Origin: Heptranchias perlo | Lineage: Eukaryota | DNA: 64,000 bases | Assembly: GCF_035084215.1 (NCBI RefSeq) | Contig: NC_090358.1 | Location: forward strand, 16,058,001-16,122,000 | Reading direction: 5' to 3' | Shown here: positions 26,601-41,600 of the stretch, in pieces | How positions within the stretch are numbered: position 1 is the stretch's first letter | Layout of the letters: every line of letters starts with the position of its first letter | The notes under the pieces: model-generated | What the model saw: only the letters and a program-made list of their open reading frames with translations | Databases searched by the model: none | Told to the model about the DNA's origin: nothing | Program-made: the position numbers and the translations under genes

Positions 26601-29600
26601 ATAGAACCTCTATAGACAGCAGAGAGAGTTCAAACCCATCACCCAGAGACAAAAGTATTGTATTCCAACCCAGTGCCCACCTCTTCTCTATTCTAAAACT
26701 TAGCATCGTTAACAATAATAAATGAGGTCAGTGTTATATTAAAATGCCTTCATTATAGAACAACAGTAATTGTGATGTATTAAATATTACTGTTCATTAG
26801 GGATTTTACCACGAGTGAGAGAACTTTAGTCGTAATATACTGGGAACTCATTAATACAGGTCAGTTTACATAACTAAAAGTGTAAATGAATAGTCATTCT
26901 TGAAAAAATAAAAACAGATCTAATTGAATTGTGAGAATATACTGCACATCTATGAACAATGTAGCGCCAAGTTTTATTCAACAGCACCATTCACTGTTCC
27001 GTGAGTCTGTTTCGTCTCTCTGACTGAGCTTCTTCTCTTGTTCCTGTAATCTCTGCTGTAAAAGGTGACGCTCCTGCAACAAAACATCAGACACCGGTCC
27101 AGTATTCAGTTACTTCATTACAGCCATCTACACTGAATACACCCAACACCACACCAAACTTATCCACATTTTAATCAAGTAGAATGTAAATTTAATTTCT
27201 TTAATAGTTAACTCATTCATATATAAATATTGAAGTGATTGATGGTGCCCAATGTCGGCAGATCAACGGAAAAATAGAAAAATATTCACTCGTCTTTTGG
27301 ACATTAACAGCTTATTTTTCGTTCCAATTTTCTCCCTCCTCTGCTGAAGGCACTGACTTATGCTGAGGGGTGTTTCCACAGGTAGTGTCCTGCCTCCTGT
27401 ACCAGCTGGCCATTCTTTAACACACACACACACACACGGGGAACTTTAACTGGGAGCGAGTTTCGGATGGGCAGGGGGCGGGGTGAGTATTAACATCGCT
27501 CCCCTCCCCAATGCCATGAATTTGAGGCCTGGGCTAATTTAACTCCTGGGCCTCATTTACGTTCCGATATGGGTGTAACGAGGCAACATTGGGCGGTCTG
27601 GAAGTCACCCATCACGGCAATCAGATAAGCCCCAGTTGTTGACTAGCTAGGTATGTATTTACTAGCATTTTACTATTAATTATATAATACTTAAAGAATA
27701 TCAATCGTAGTATAAGATTTTCTTTCCCTGCAGTAGTGTACATAAAGACTGGAACAGACTCCCAGTTAAAGCAATCAATGTTATGTCGATTAATTTTTTT
27801 TTAAAAATAGCTGGATAAGTAGCTGGCTATGAATGGGTATATTGTTCTGTGTTGCTGGGATCATGGAAATATTACCTCTGATAAACTGGCCAGGGTGGAA
27901 CAGTGGGCATCATGAGGTCCGATAGATATACTAGAGTTTAGCTCAATTACTTTTCAAAGTCGGAGAGAAATTTTGAAGAACTTACCCTCAACTGATTTAA
28001 CACCGGAAGAAGAATCATCAATGGGGCAGATCAACACTGACCCTCCGAAATGTCTGAACCTGCCTTTTCTCTTTACAGATGCTGACTAACCTGCTGTGCA
28101 TTTCTAGCATTTTCCATTTTTATTATAGGGCAGTTGCATGATCTGTGGAAGGATGGGGTCATGGACCAATTAGCCTTTTCACTCCATGCTTTGTTACATT
28201 CTTAGGTGATGCTGATAAGAGTTATTTGTAATAGACTTCTCCCCTTATATTTGTGCTGAAGCAGCCCACATCTCCAGTATATATCAAATCCCACCAGGGC
28301 AGTTTGAGAATTTGAATTCAGTCTAAAAAATCTGGAAATAAAACACCTGATATCAGTTAAAGTGACCATGAAGCTGTCAGATTGTCGTAAAATCCCAACT
28401 GGTTCACTAATGTCCTTTAGGGAAAGAAACCTTCCATCCTTACCCAGTCTGGCCTATATGTAACTCCAGTCCCACACCAACGTGGTTGACTCTTAACTGC
28501 CTTCTGAAGTGGCCTAGCAAGCCACCCAGTTGTATCAAACTGCTACAGGTTGAAGGAGAAGGCCCACCACCGCCTTCTCAAGGGCAACTAGGGATGGACA
28601 ATAAATGCCAGCTTTGCCAGCGATACAAGAAAGATTAATAAAAATATGTTGGAGTCTAAACCACTATTTCCTGAAACATATTTCCCCGTCAAAACCTGCA
28701 GATTTTTTTCAGTAAATTCTGTTGATGTTATCAGCAAGGCTTTCCTTGTGCCAGCTGTGTTTTGTGACAAAACAAGGGGGCAATGTCCTCGTATATATTG
28801 TACCATGGGTTTCCAATGGAGGTCCCCCAGGCCCTAGGAGATCCTTGAGAGACTCCAGGGGTCTCCCGAGGTCATCATCGTTCTGTACTTCTGTGATCAG
28901 ATTTGGATTTATTAGCATTGTTTACTAATAAAAGCATTTTCTATCATGGTTGCACTGTATCCTTGGGTGTTGCCACTGTTTTTCAGAAATTAGGGTGTGT
29001 CAATATTTGCAAGAATTGCTGTGAATTTGTTAATATTTGCAGGAGATGGCACTCACAAAAGTGTGAAAACCACAGCAGCAAATGATAAGTGGGTACACCG
29101 GAGACAAGTAAGGCAGGAGTTTCATTTTTGGTTTTGCATTTCTACACACACCCAGTGCTTTGTTACTCTCGCACACACTCACCCTACGCCACGTAAGTGT
29201 GTCTGATTCAGCCCTCAGCATCCATTTTTCGAGATGTACTTGTACATGCACTTCTGATAAAGATTGAAGTTTGGTATCTGTGACACTAAATTGGCAATCT
29301 CAGTCTTAAGGGCATGGGGATGGTTGTTGTGGCAAATGGAAAATGTTGGACTAATGTAGGATGAAGTTCTCTTCTGTGGTTGGGGTTAAGACACATTGTT
29401 AAGGCTTTACTTTGCATCTGCTCATGCTATGCCTGAACTCAGTATTGACAATGGATGCCAAACTGGAAAGGCGTTTCATTCCTCAACACCAACATGACTT
29501 GCCTTGAGCAGAAAAGTCAACAGAAATATAATGAAAGTTAATAATACCTCCACCATTCGAGCAATGAGTTGATCCAGCTCTTGAATCCTCTGGTCCCTTT

Positions 29601-32600
29601 CTGCTATTTTCTGCTCTGCTGCCAGAGCCTTCTTGTTGGCTTCTTCAAGTTCTTTGAGGGCCTGGTTTATTCGAGCCTTCATTTAAAAAAAAAGAAATAT
29701 CAAAACATTATCACTCTGTATTCCCAACAATTCAGGTTTCTAGCATTAAGCCATAGCACTGAAATGGAGTAAACACAAAGAGATAGAGATAGAGATAAAG
29801 CTGTCCCAGTTAGCCCATGGACTGCTGAACTTTCTTGACATTTTGTAGCTCACACCTGTTCTCCAAGTTTAGAAGCAACTTTGTCAGTAATGTTATCATA
29901 TTGGTGTTTAATGCACTTGTATCAAATTCCTCTCCTGACTTTCTGGTTTAGAGTCTGTTGTTTAAGTTGTTGAATGAATGTACCCTCAACAAGGTGTAGC
30001 ATTTTGAATTGGAGTAATAAACAGAATGAGCTTTACATTTGTGTAATATATACAGCGTCCATTCAAAATAAACAGTTAATGCCTCCATCAAAATAATGTA
30101 GTGATTAAGCATTGGTACGATAACATTATCATAGGAACATAGGAACAGGAGTAGCCGATCATGGCTGATCTTATCCTAACTCCATTATCGATAGTAATTT
30201 CGCCCTAAAGTTGTTTCTAAATTTGGAGGACAGGTTTGGACACTCTAAACCAGAAAGTTATAAGCCAAAGATCTAGTTCTGCTACTATACCATTTCTGGT
30301 TGTTCACCTACAATTACAAGATCAGAAATGATCATTTGAATATTCATCTGATAACACGTCTTTCTGCATTGCATTAGTGAATGCTGCAGTATTCAAAGTC
30401 ACTTTTAGCTTCAGCATTAATCATGAATGCCATAGTGATTCATTATTAGTTCCAAAATTTCTAATGAATGCTGCAGTGTTAATATTCACCATCAGCACCA
30501 GTATTAATAGTGAATGTTGTAGTGTTAAGATTCACTATCAGCATCATTATTAGTAGTGAATGCTGCAGTGTTAAGATTCACTATCAGCACCACTATTAGT
30601 AGTGAATGCTGCAGTGTTAAGATTCACTATCAGCTCCATTATTAGTAGTGAATGCTGCAGTGTTAAGATTCACTATCAGCACCAGCGTTACTGCTAAAAT
30701 ATAAAGCAAAAATAAGGTTTTGCCCATACTGGATATGGTTGTATTTTTATAGCTTTATCTTCTTGCCAACCTGAAGCTTGCTGGATAATGATCAGAAGCA
30801 GGAACCCAGGCTAATTTCCTCTCCCTAACCAAAGGTCACTGAGGCCAATTGTCGTACCACTATCACCTTGCTGGCTGAGATCAGCTAACTCGACACACAT
30901 CGGCAATCAACCCTGGAATCCTCATGCTCTGCATAGCTCAGCTACTCAGTACCTAAGTTGTCCAAGTCATCGGGGGAGTCTAAGATTAAATCTTCTATTG
31001 GCCTAGTGTAAACCATGAGCATCCAAAAGTTTGAAGCTGATACCTAATAAATAATTAAAGGGTATCATTCTCGTACTCAGTTTTTTTTTTCAATTTTCCA
31101 TTCTACCCTCCTTAAGACTTTCACTCAGGCTGAGGCACAATTTCAAGTTGCCAGCAGCCCTCTGGTTCCCTTTCCCCTAGATAGTGAGGGGGTAATTTTA
31201 ACTTTTTGTGATGGTGTAAAATGAACGATATCGGATCTGCCGCCCGTTATACACCTCGCCGGGTTTTAAAATCCGATCCAATATCGCCCGTTTTACACCA
31301 TCAACAAAAGTTAAAATTATCCCACATGTCAGCAGGCTATTCAACTGTAGAGGGCATAATAGTCTGATTCCCAAATCTGTCCTTATCCAATGTCCACCTT
31401 CATGTCTTGTCCAGCAGTGGGTCGTTCACACCTAGCCAGGATACAAGGCAGTCTGGGACCCTCACCATCCCATATTGCCTTTGAGATGAAAGTGCAGGAC
31501 AAGCTGGGTCATTCATCATCCTGCACACTCTTCATGCTGGATGATGTGAGTTGAGTAGTGATAACATATTTCAAAACTGAAAATGGCAAATGTAAAAGGC
31601 AGGACTTGAACCAAGACCTTCTGTCAGGAAGCTAGTGCTGTTCTACCTCACATGCACTGGGAAACAGGAACACAGCAGTAACATCCATACATACCTGAAT
31701 GGCTTCCTTTTCTGCCTGGTGCAGCTGCTTGGCCTCCTTCAGTTTGGCTTCATATTGGTTATACAGCTTCCTGGTCATATCCTGCATTGCACTGGTATTG
31801 GCTTCCTGAGAAGCTTCGATCTATAAATACGTTGACAGGAAATGAATACAGAAATGAACTACTTAACACAATATGAATTACCGCTAGATTTTGAAATAAC
31901 GTGTGTAAATAACATTCTATTTTTACAAACAGTATGAGGGAAAGGTACACAAGATAGCAGAAATAATGAAACATGCTTATCCTAATAGAAAGAAGGTACA
32001 ATGTGGCCATATTCTAAGATGAACTCAACTCAAGGAGGAGTATCTGTGCTATCCAGTGAAGCTGCCCCAGTTTATATTGCTGGTTGAATAATTGCACTTA
32101 TATGCCTGCTAGTGAGTAGTAAATTGTATACACTAGTGCAACCAAACCACTTAGACGATCCACAGTGGGTCTGGGTCTCTCTGGAAATAGCTATCAGAAG
32201 CTGCTCTCACAGTTTAGGATTGCCCAATAAATAGTTCTAGGAAACCTGTTATTGTTTCTAGAATCACCTGAAGACATTTTTGGTTAAAAGACTTGTTGAG
32301 TTATCAAGTGTTGAAGTTTATTTAAATGTGAATCCTGACACAGCTGTCTGGTGCTGAGGGGGTCCAACTGCTTCAACATAAGCAAACAAGAATTGTACGT
32401 AAGCAAATAGGGTATGGAAGCACAGCAGAACTTATGCGAGAAGGACAGTGCCTGGTCTGTTGCTGCCACCCTCAGTGACAGAGACAGTCCACCAGAACAT
32501 CCATCCACTGTAATCGGATGAAATATATCAGCTGTGCAGTAGCTCCAGAACTCTCCAATCTAAGCAGCGCAGTTGTGGAGGGAGTTTGACCTTAATAGTA

Positions 32601-35600
32601 TTTAAAGGTTCCCTTGTAGTGCATTTCCATCACCACCAACTGCACTTCTGACATCAGCAGCGAAGTTGCAATGTATTGAGCTGGTACCTGTCCCAAGAGA
32701 GGAAACTCACACCAGCAAAAGAGGTGGTTTCAATCCACACCTCCGAAGTCAGCATAACAATAATGCAGCTTGATTTTTCAGTAGAAGTGGATTGAGTGCC
32801 TGAAGCACTCATGCCTACCTCGTACAGGCTATTATACATGTAGACAGGCATCCTCGAGATCACTGTCTACAGTGTAAGCTACTAATTCAGCAATGACCTG
32901 GAGTCTCACCTCACTCAGGATCCAGTGCAGTTGCTGAACCCTGTGCTGAAGAATATTTCCGAAGCACTGTGACATGTTTACAGGGGTTTGGTGTGAAATT
33001 ATTGAGCGAAAAGGAGCTTTTATGACTTCATTTTTACCGTCAATATTTAGCATCTCTTGCCCAGTCATTAGTAAAATAATAGCCTGCAAGTCCCATTAGC
33101 TTGGCAATGTTTAGAATAATCAGTGGAGGCGCTTCACTTAAAGTCACAAACAAAGTTCTACTTCACAGTTCTGACTTAACCTAAAAAGGTAAATATTAAC
33201 TTCAGCTATTTAAGTTGCCTGTGCTCCAATTTTTTTTTTCTGTTCCAGTTTTAGTCAAGAAAAGCAGGCTAGCCTCGAGCTTCAGTCCGCTTTGAAGATG
33301 GCTGCATTGACACTAATGGTTCAAATAACAATTATGTCAGGCGATAGTCAGAAGCACACGACAACTTATGGCATTAATGTAAATTTCAAGAGAAAAATAC
33401 CTGTGAACAATGGGAATCTGTATTTGACCTTTAAATTAAAAGGTGTCCACATCCTTTTCTAGAAGAGACTTTTTTAAAAAGTGCTAAGCTACAGAAAAGG
33501 TCAGAATTTGTTTATCATCAGTTATCATTTGTGCCAAAGGAATCTGTGTAGATAAACTTGTTTGTGTCAACGTCTGATCTTTTTTGGTTATTTCCACATA
33601 CAACTACACTAATTCTTTCAAATTCTCAGTTGATCTCAAAAGCTTGTGAAAAAGATGGATTATTTATTGGCAATAACGGATAAAAATTATCACAAATCAC
33701 CACACAAATCTTCACAATGTTTTTAAAAAAATCAATAATATTTGGAAGTTAATACTCTAATGAAAAAAAAACCTGATGCACTTTGTCAGAACCTCTTTGC
33801 TATGTGATCAAACCTGATTCGAAACAATGTGGCCAAATCAGCTGGATTGGGCTCCTGTTACTACCACCCTCATGTGGTTTTGGCATGAAAAGGGCAGCAT
33901 TACCTGGAAGCTACTGACTCTCGACACACAGTAAAACCAGGCTTGTTCATTGGGCAGCCTGGGAACTTGATAAACTTTTGACTTTTTGATGCTATCAGAG
34001 AACTAACATTCTCACCCTCACAAAGTTAAAAATGAGCAGCATATCCTGGGTCAGCCAGCTGCATATTACACTATATAGAGAGCAGTCTGTTGTATTAACA
34101 GCAACCTACGTGCTGGTTATTCAGAATACTACCGATAATAGTTTATTGTTATTATTAAAGGTTGATGATTTATTTGGGATTTTTTTTCTCCACTCCTCCC
34201 CTGAAGTTTCTGACTCATGCTGGCACATGGTTCCACAGAGGGCATGAGGATAGAGTTAGGACCCCTCACCTCAACTGAGACCAGCTACCTCAGACTGGAG
34301 GCGAAACCTGGGATCTTGGCTCGGAGTCCCACCGAGCAATGCTGTTATACACTGAGTCTGGTCTGTGTTTTTTTCGAAAATTAAATTTCCTTCACATGTT
34401 TCCATGACTTTTTACTGTAGATTCCAAAGGTTGAAAGAAAGTCTTCACTCTTACTGGAAATGGGAACCTCTTTAGATGCTTTGTTCTGGATTATTTATTT
34501 AAAACTGTCACGATGCACAATACACATGCACATCAAAGGGCAATTTGACATTAACTGACAAATTGCCAGGTCACATACTGTTATTAACAGTTTACAAACT
34601 ACTGAACACGGCTACTGATGCCACATTTTACACAAAGATTTTCCAGGTTAATAAGGTCAATTTTCTGTCCTTTATTAGAAAGTTATGCCCAGGAAGTTCA
34701 CTTGCATCAGTTCCTGCAGTAGATACGTAAATATGCTTCACCTCCATTTTATAGTACACTAGCTGATCCCCCATGCCATTGCTTACAGATAGTCTGGAGC
34801 ACAGTTGTGATGTTTAGTTGCTAAGGTACTGCTGTGGTTTAACGTGGGCTGTCCCTTAAGGTCACTGCTCAGGTAACCCCTGTGGGGGAAATGGTCCAAA
34901 CAGAAAATATGAATTAAGGCTAATTGCTATGGGAAATGTCTGCACATAGGCAGCTTCTTGTAAATCCCCAGTTCCTATCCTTAAGGAGAAGTAGGTTACC
35001 AAGGGCAAAAAAAGAAATGACTGGCTTTCTTTCTCTTTATTTATATATTTGACATGTTAAAGTATGATGCATGTGCGATAAATGCAACATTTTTATATGT
35101 AGATATTTGCAATCATACATGGCCATTTATGGAGCCAAATCACATTATTAATGGTGCTCTGCTTCTATATCAGGAAGTGATGTAAAAGAAAGGTTTCATG
35201 CATGCTGAATTCTTTGAATAAGCAGGAAGGGCCTGAGTCAAAAACCTAGCTGACTCACTTGCTGTGAGGGTCAGAAATAACCATGAGGGAAAGGGTAAAT
35301 GTTATGAATGTGGAATCCAGTGTGGGGCCTCGACCACCAGGGCTAATATCAAGAAAAGACAGGCTCAGTCCCACAATTCTCCATCCATTAGTGTTAAGAT
35401 GCAATGTTGCATGTGCTCCATCTTATGTTGATTACCCAATATTGTAGATAATTCTTCAGTATTTAACACTAGTTTATTCCATCAGTGGAGTATCTAGCCC
35501 AATATTCATACTTCAATTAAATAATAGGTGCTGTACCCAGTCTGCTGAACCCAAAGGGACTATTTGCTTGTTTAATGCTTCATTATACGTGTAGTGATGT

Positions 35601-38600
35601 CTCAGACCAATGTTTACCTTAAGTTTCAGGATCTGATTTTCAGTTTGCGCATCGTGTATCTGCTGATTCTTCTCTTTCATTTGCTCCAGTGATTGGTGAT
35701 ATGAATTTCGGAGAACTTCCATTTCCTCCCTCCTCTTGTTGGCCTCTGCTGTTGAATCCAAGAGAGATTTCTGACAAAAGCAAGGCACTCAGTCACATAC
35801 CCTCTCCTGTTGTATACTTTGGAAGCAAATGCTAACCAGGAGTTCGAGAATAGCCGTTTTGACGATTACAAGGATATACAGTTTGTTTCTTTATCTGCTA
35901 ACTTACATCATTTATTTTGTTTTGAAAGAATTGTACAGTTGTATGAGGATGATGCAGCATTCTAAAACTCCAGGGCACTGTGCCAGGTAGGGCCGTACCT
36001 TCAGTAATCCCTAAATGTTGAATTCCTAATCCTCTGCATCCAACTACATTATACCAGACTTAACAGGGGGCAATGGCAACATTGAGGGCACAATTTTAAT
36101 ATGCCGGTGGGAAGAGTCCGGGGTGGGGGAGTTGGGGGGAGGGTGATTTGCAGGCACCAAACCCGGATGGGAACTAGGCGGGAAACCCTAATGAGGCCAA
36201 TCAAAGCCTCTTCCTGGTTTTGATTGACAGGCTGGCTGCCAACAGGAGCTGCACATCCAAGGGGGAAGGGGGAAGGGGGAGGAGAAAAAGAGAGAGTGGC
36301 CTTATCAGCAGTTAGGATAGAGATGGGGGGCTGAGGCGAATAAAGATCAGAGTGGAGACATCGGAATCAGAGTGGGGGATGTCCAAGCAACATTGTTTTT
36401 AAGGTATGTTTATTTAATTTGTTTGCAATGGGAAGTGTAATTTTATTTAATTTATTTGTTTATTTTTCACTGATCCGGCCTTTTCTGCTTGGTTTCACCA
36501 GGCATGATTGGGAAGCCATGGGAAAGCCGTCCAGGTAACATTAAAACCTTTTTAACTATCCAATACACAAAAAATAAACTACCTTACGTACCTCAATGAG
36601 GTACATTTGCTCCTTTAATTATCAGCCCACTGGATTTAAGCAGGGGCGGGACATCCTGGTGACTGCTGTACGCACGCACACAGATTTGCCTGAGTCTCAT
36701 TCAAAAATGTGTGGGTTCCAGCCGAGATGTCTGCCCACTCCCACAGCGATTTTAATTACCCCCACCCCTAACTCACCCATTTTTCCCTTTTAAAATCATG
36801 CCCTGAATGTCTGAAATGGAAAGTATTCCACTCCTAGCACTCGTCTACCTCACTTTAATGAGTATAAAGTTCACACATAGACAAAAGCAACAATATAGGG
36901 TGGTGTTCATGTAGAAATCCTTTTGCGCACTCACAATCCTTGTACGCATCCTGCTTTATTGGGGATTGGGAGGAATCTTGATCCTGGTTGTTCAGCTGGG
37001 ACATCTCCCAGGTGGTCTAACTATCCCCAGCATGTTGGCTATTGGATTAGTTGGAGAGAATGCCTAATGTGATCGGTACCAGTGTGGAGGTTTATGTGGT
37101 CTAGTGATGAATGTGTGCCCCACCCTCCCTGGGAGCCTATGGAGGCTTTCTTAATTTCTTAATTAAGGATCAGGGTATTTCTTGGCATCAAACAAATGAT
37201 AAAAGCAAACTTCAGATTACTTCAGCCTGAGTCACACTGGAGTAGATTTTGATTTTGTGCGATAGTGTAAAATGGGTGATAGTGAATCGGCAGCCGGTTT
37301 TACATCTCTCCTGATTTTTATTTCCATTGCAAAATGGAGAGAGATGTAAAGCGGGCTGCCAATTCACTATCACCCATATTACACTATCACACACAGTCAA
37401 AATCTACCCCACTGTGTTTCTATCCCCTGCTGTTTCCTATGCTTTCAAATTTATTCATAAGAACGTGCTTTGATTTTGCATGTAAACCTTTTGCGTTTCA
37501 ACACAACAGAACATGGATTCATGCAGCACTGATAAAATCGCACGGTTTCACTCTCACGTTTCATGAATCCCTTCAACATGTCACAAGCAAGTACATCGCT
37601 AGGTGCCTGTTACTCCATGTCTACAAGCCCAATACAGCAATGTGACATTTTGCTACGGCAATCAAAGCGAGTGATTAATTTCTACCTGCAAGTCAATCGT
37701 CAAAGTTGTCAGGGAGCTGTTCATCTGGCTGTACTGCTCAAGGGTTGAAGAATTGCTTTTCACCTCCCTCTGCAGGGACTCCTGCCGTGCCTCCGAGACC
37801 TGAAGCAGAACAGATGACAGTTACGCACCATGAAGCTCCGGCCCTGCCACAAGTTTGGAAAAGGTTGCAGATTTTGTACGTGAAAATGTTCTATAAAATA
37901 TTTTGACTCCCTGGTTATTAAGGGAAAAACACCCCATTATGGAAGTTTCATTGTCAGGCAAACCAGGGTTTAGTGAGACATGGAACACAAGTCAACAACA
38001 GAAATGGGAGGAAACATTTAGCAGGTCAGTCAGCATATGTGGAGAAAACAGACAAATTAACATTTCAAGTGTGGACCCTTGATTCAGTTCTGATGGATGG
38101 TCTATAGCTGAATGTTAATTGATCTGTTCTCTCCTCAGAAGCTGACTGGCCTGCTGATCTGACATTTCCTGCATCTGTAGTTTTTATTTCTATGTTTAAA
38201 AAATGACATCAAAGAGTTCAACTTCATGTTTAAATAAAACAGTAGGGTACTGAGTGATGCACTGTGCTGGTTTAGTATCCTGTCACCTCTGAATCATGTT
38301 CAGACTGGTGCGAGTCAGTCTCCGCTTTCTAATCCTGTATAGATTCCAAGTCAAATTGACCAGGCCAATCTAATTCACCTCCTAGTAACTGCAGTTTCAG
38401 AGTAACACCTGCAAATTGGCCTTCAGGGAGTAGGCTTTCTGCCAATTTGTATCACCTCATTCAGTGCAGCAAATAACTGACTTACCAGTTCATCCCATCT
38501 GAAATAATCTGAAGGCCCTCATCAATAAAGTGGGCCTTTCTACGCATTGCTACCCACATGAGCACTCCAACTCATGCACTCCATCACCAGGCTGACACAC

Positions 38601-41600
38601 AGAGCATTATTTATATAACAAACTTGCATTTAAATAGCACCTTTTTAATGTCGTAAGTCATCTCAGCGCTTCACAATGGAGAAACATAAACACAAAGCAT
38701 AAATGAAGGTGTTAGCACAGGTAAATCATGGTCAATTGGATGGGTTTTGAGAAAGTGTTTAAAGATGAGGAGAGAAGAAGTGAGGTGAAAGGGTTTAGGG
38801 AGGGAGTTCCAGAGAATAGGGCTGAGATCACCGAAAGCTGTGCCTTCAATGAAGAGAGAGAGAGAGAGAGAGTGGTGATACACAAGAGCGAAAGAAAAGA
38901 AAGGACTCACAATTATATAGCACCTCTCATGTTCTCAGGATGTCCCAAAGCATTTCACAGTTAATTTATTACTTTTTGGAAGTATAGTCATCCCCCTCCT
39001 CAAAAAGCCCACCCTCAATCCCTCTGTCCTCTAATTACTGCCCCATGTTGTCATGTAGACAAGCAAAAGCATGGGTAAGGGTATCAACTGTGGTGGAAAA
39101 AGATAGGAGGAGAGGCGGCTGACATTGCAGAGGAGAAAGTAAGCAGTCTAGATGATGGGTGGGATATGAGGTTTGAAGCTCAGTTTCAGGTTGAGCAGGA
39201 CTCAGCAGTTATGCACAATCTGGCACCAACCTGAGAGAGCAATCGGAGGCGAAGAAGGAATCAGTGGCAAAGTTACGGAGCTATTGTTGGAGGCCAAATA
39301 TGATGGCTTCAGTCCTCCCAATATTCAATTGGAGGAAACTCAGTTTCACCCACAACTTGAAAGTTGAGCAGAGTTTGACAGCAGAAGTGGTTGTGGAGTT
39401 GAGGAAAGTAGTGGACAGGTAGAGCTGGGCGTCACCGGCAGACAAACCAACCCCAAACCTATGGATGATGTCAGAGTGGCAACATGTAAATGAGGAAAAG
39501 GAGGGGCCAAGGATGGAACTTTGGGGTGCACCAGCGGTGACTGTCCATTGGTACGAGGAAAGCTCACTTTTGGAGATGCACTGGCTGCATTGGGACAGGT
39601 AGGACCGGAACCATATAAGGGCACGTCCATGGAGGTGGGCCCCCAGTAAGAGGTAATGGTAGAGGATGGTATAATCGCCCATGCTGAATGTCACAGAGAA
39701 ACCAAGGAGGACAAGAAGGGATAAGGACCCCAGTCGCAAAAAACACCATTAGTGACTTTGACCAGGACAGTGTTGTGAGCGCAGCAGAATTCTGACTGAA
39801 CAGATTCAAACATGTAGTCGTGGGACAGGGGAGCACGGAGCTGGGACACTTAGGGACCTTCAAGAGGCAGGGGAGGTTGGAGGTGGGCAGTAATTGAGAG
39901 GACAGAGGGCTGAGGGTAGGCTTTTTGAGGATAAGGTGATAATGGCCTAAGAGAATGATTTATGGTGCCAGGGACTGTAAGAACAAGGAAAATTGTTGAG
40001 TGGTCGGCAGTGGGGAGGGGGTCGAGGGAGCAGGAGGTGGATCTCATTGAAAAGATAAGTTTGGAGAAAGCAGTAGGTTAGTAACTACAGAGTGATAAGG
40101 GGTCTGGTCTGTGATGAATGATGAGCTGGGGGGGGGGGGGGGGGGTCAGGGTCAGGGACGGGGGCAAAGGGAGGAGCCAGTGACTGATGCTGCTACGTGA
40201 GTGATCTCAATTGTGGAGATGAAAAGGTCATAAGTTCCTCCCACTTAGTGTTAGAGATGAGCATGGAAGGGGGAAGGGTAGGAGAAGGTGGTTTATTAGT
40301 GAGAAAAGAAATCTAGGATTATCCTTACCCTCCCAGGATAATCCAGCAACAATGGGCAGTTTTGTCTCAGAGATGTGATATCTTTTGACCAAGTTAAGCC
40401 ACATCTAATGGCGGATGGGGGCAAAACCAGTCATGCACCAGGTACATTCGAGAGCCCTCAACTGTAACAAGCTGTAACATGGAGGATAGCACGGCTTGGA
40501 TAGGAACATAGGAACAGGAAAGGCCATTCAGCCCCTCGAGCCTGCTCTGCCATTCAATTAGATCATGGCAGATCTGTACCTTAACTCCATTTACCCACCT
40601 TAGCTCCATATCCCTTGATACCCTTACCTAATAAAAATCTATCGATCTCATTCTTGCAAGCTCCAATTGTCCCCCAGTATCCACAGCCTTTTGGGGGAGA
40701 GAATTCCAGCTTTCTACTACCCTTTGTGTGAAAACGTGCTTCCTGATTTCCCTCCGAAATGACCTGGCTCTAATTTTATTATAATGGGTTAATGGGTGAT
40801 GCAGCGCCATTAGGTTTTTTCCTGATTTGCTGCTCAATCGTGTATTAGTTACAATATATCCGAGCTGCAGGGCGATGTTATTGGATAAATCTCGTGAGGC
40901 TCCATTCCTGGCAAGGAGCCTTGCTCACCAAGAGCATAGATCGGGGACTCGGGTGCTGAGTTGGCATGCTGCATTCACATCGCTGCTGACTGACTGGTGA
41001 GTGAGACTCTGGGCTGGGAACTAAATTTACCATTATGAGTAAACCTGCATTAAAAAGCCAGGAGAAAGCCATTAACTATCATTTAACACACAGTGTGCCA
41101 TACGTTTTAGGAACAGAAGTGCCAATCAAATCCAGCAGGTGGCACTCGTTTCCCATAAAGCTGACTACTGTTGCTAACTTAAGTGCAGCCACTGGGTTTA
41201 GTCGCAATCACCATTATAGGCAGGAATCATATTAATGAGATGCTCCAGTGCTGAGGTGTCTATCACTTCCCTCATAGCTTTTTTTTAAGCTACAGATACA
41301 AATCCAAATTAACATCAACATTACAGCCCATCTGTCTCAATAATTGTGAGCCAGGTATGATGATGGGTCCCCTGGAGAATGTCGTCACTCCACATTTACC
41401 CCACCCCCAGCAGGCTGGCACATCTTTATCTGCCAGTGCACCAATTAAAGGCCATGCCAATATACAGCTTGATATCACTTACTCTGTGATTGGAGAATAG
41501 GCGTGGAAGCTAACTTAAAAGGAATCAGCTTTAATGCCGTAATGTTTAAACAATAATTACTGTAAATCTTCAATTATAATGACCTCCCATGTATATTATG

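Noticed and set aside
26988-26996. Alternative exon 9 donor A|GTGAAT or a U12-type intron
   Set aside because: That donor is phase 1 and would frameshift exon 10; no RTATCCT U12 donor is present
30377-30690. CRISPR-like repeat with palindromic units
   Set aside because: Contiguous tandem units with no unique spacers, no cas genes, vertebrate intron context
40128-40145. Poly-G run (also 341-353 and poly-C 13009-13023) as functional G4
   Set aside because: Simple homopolymers with no contextual support and prone to sequencing error
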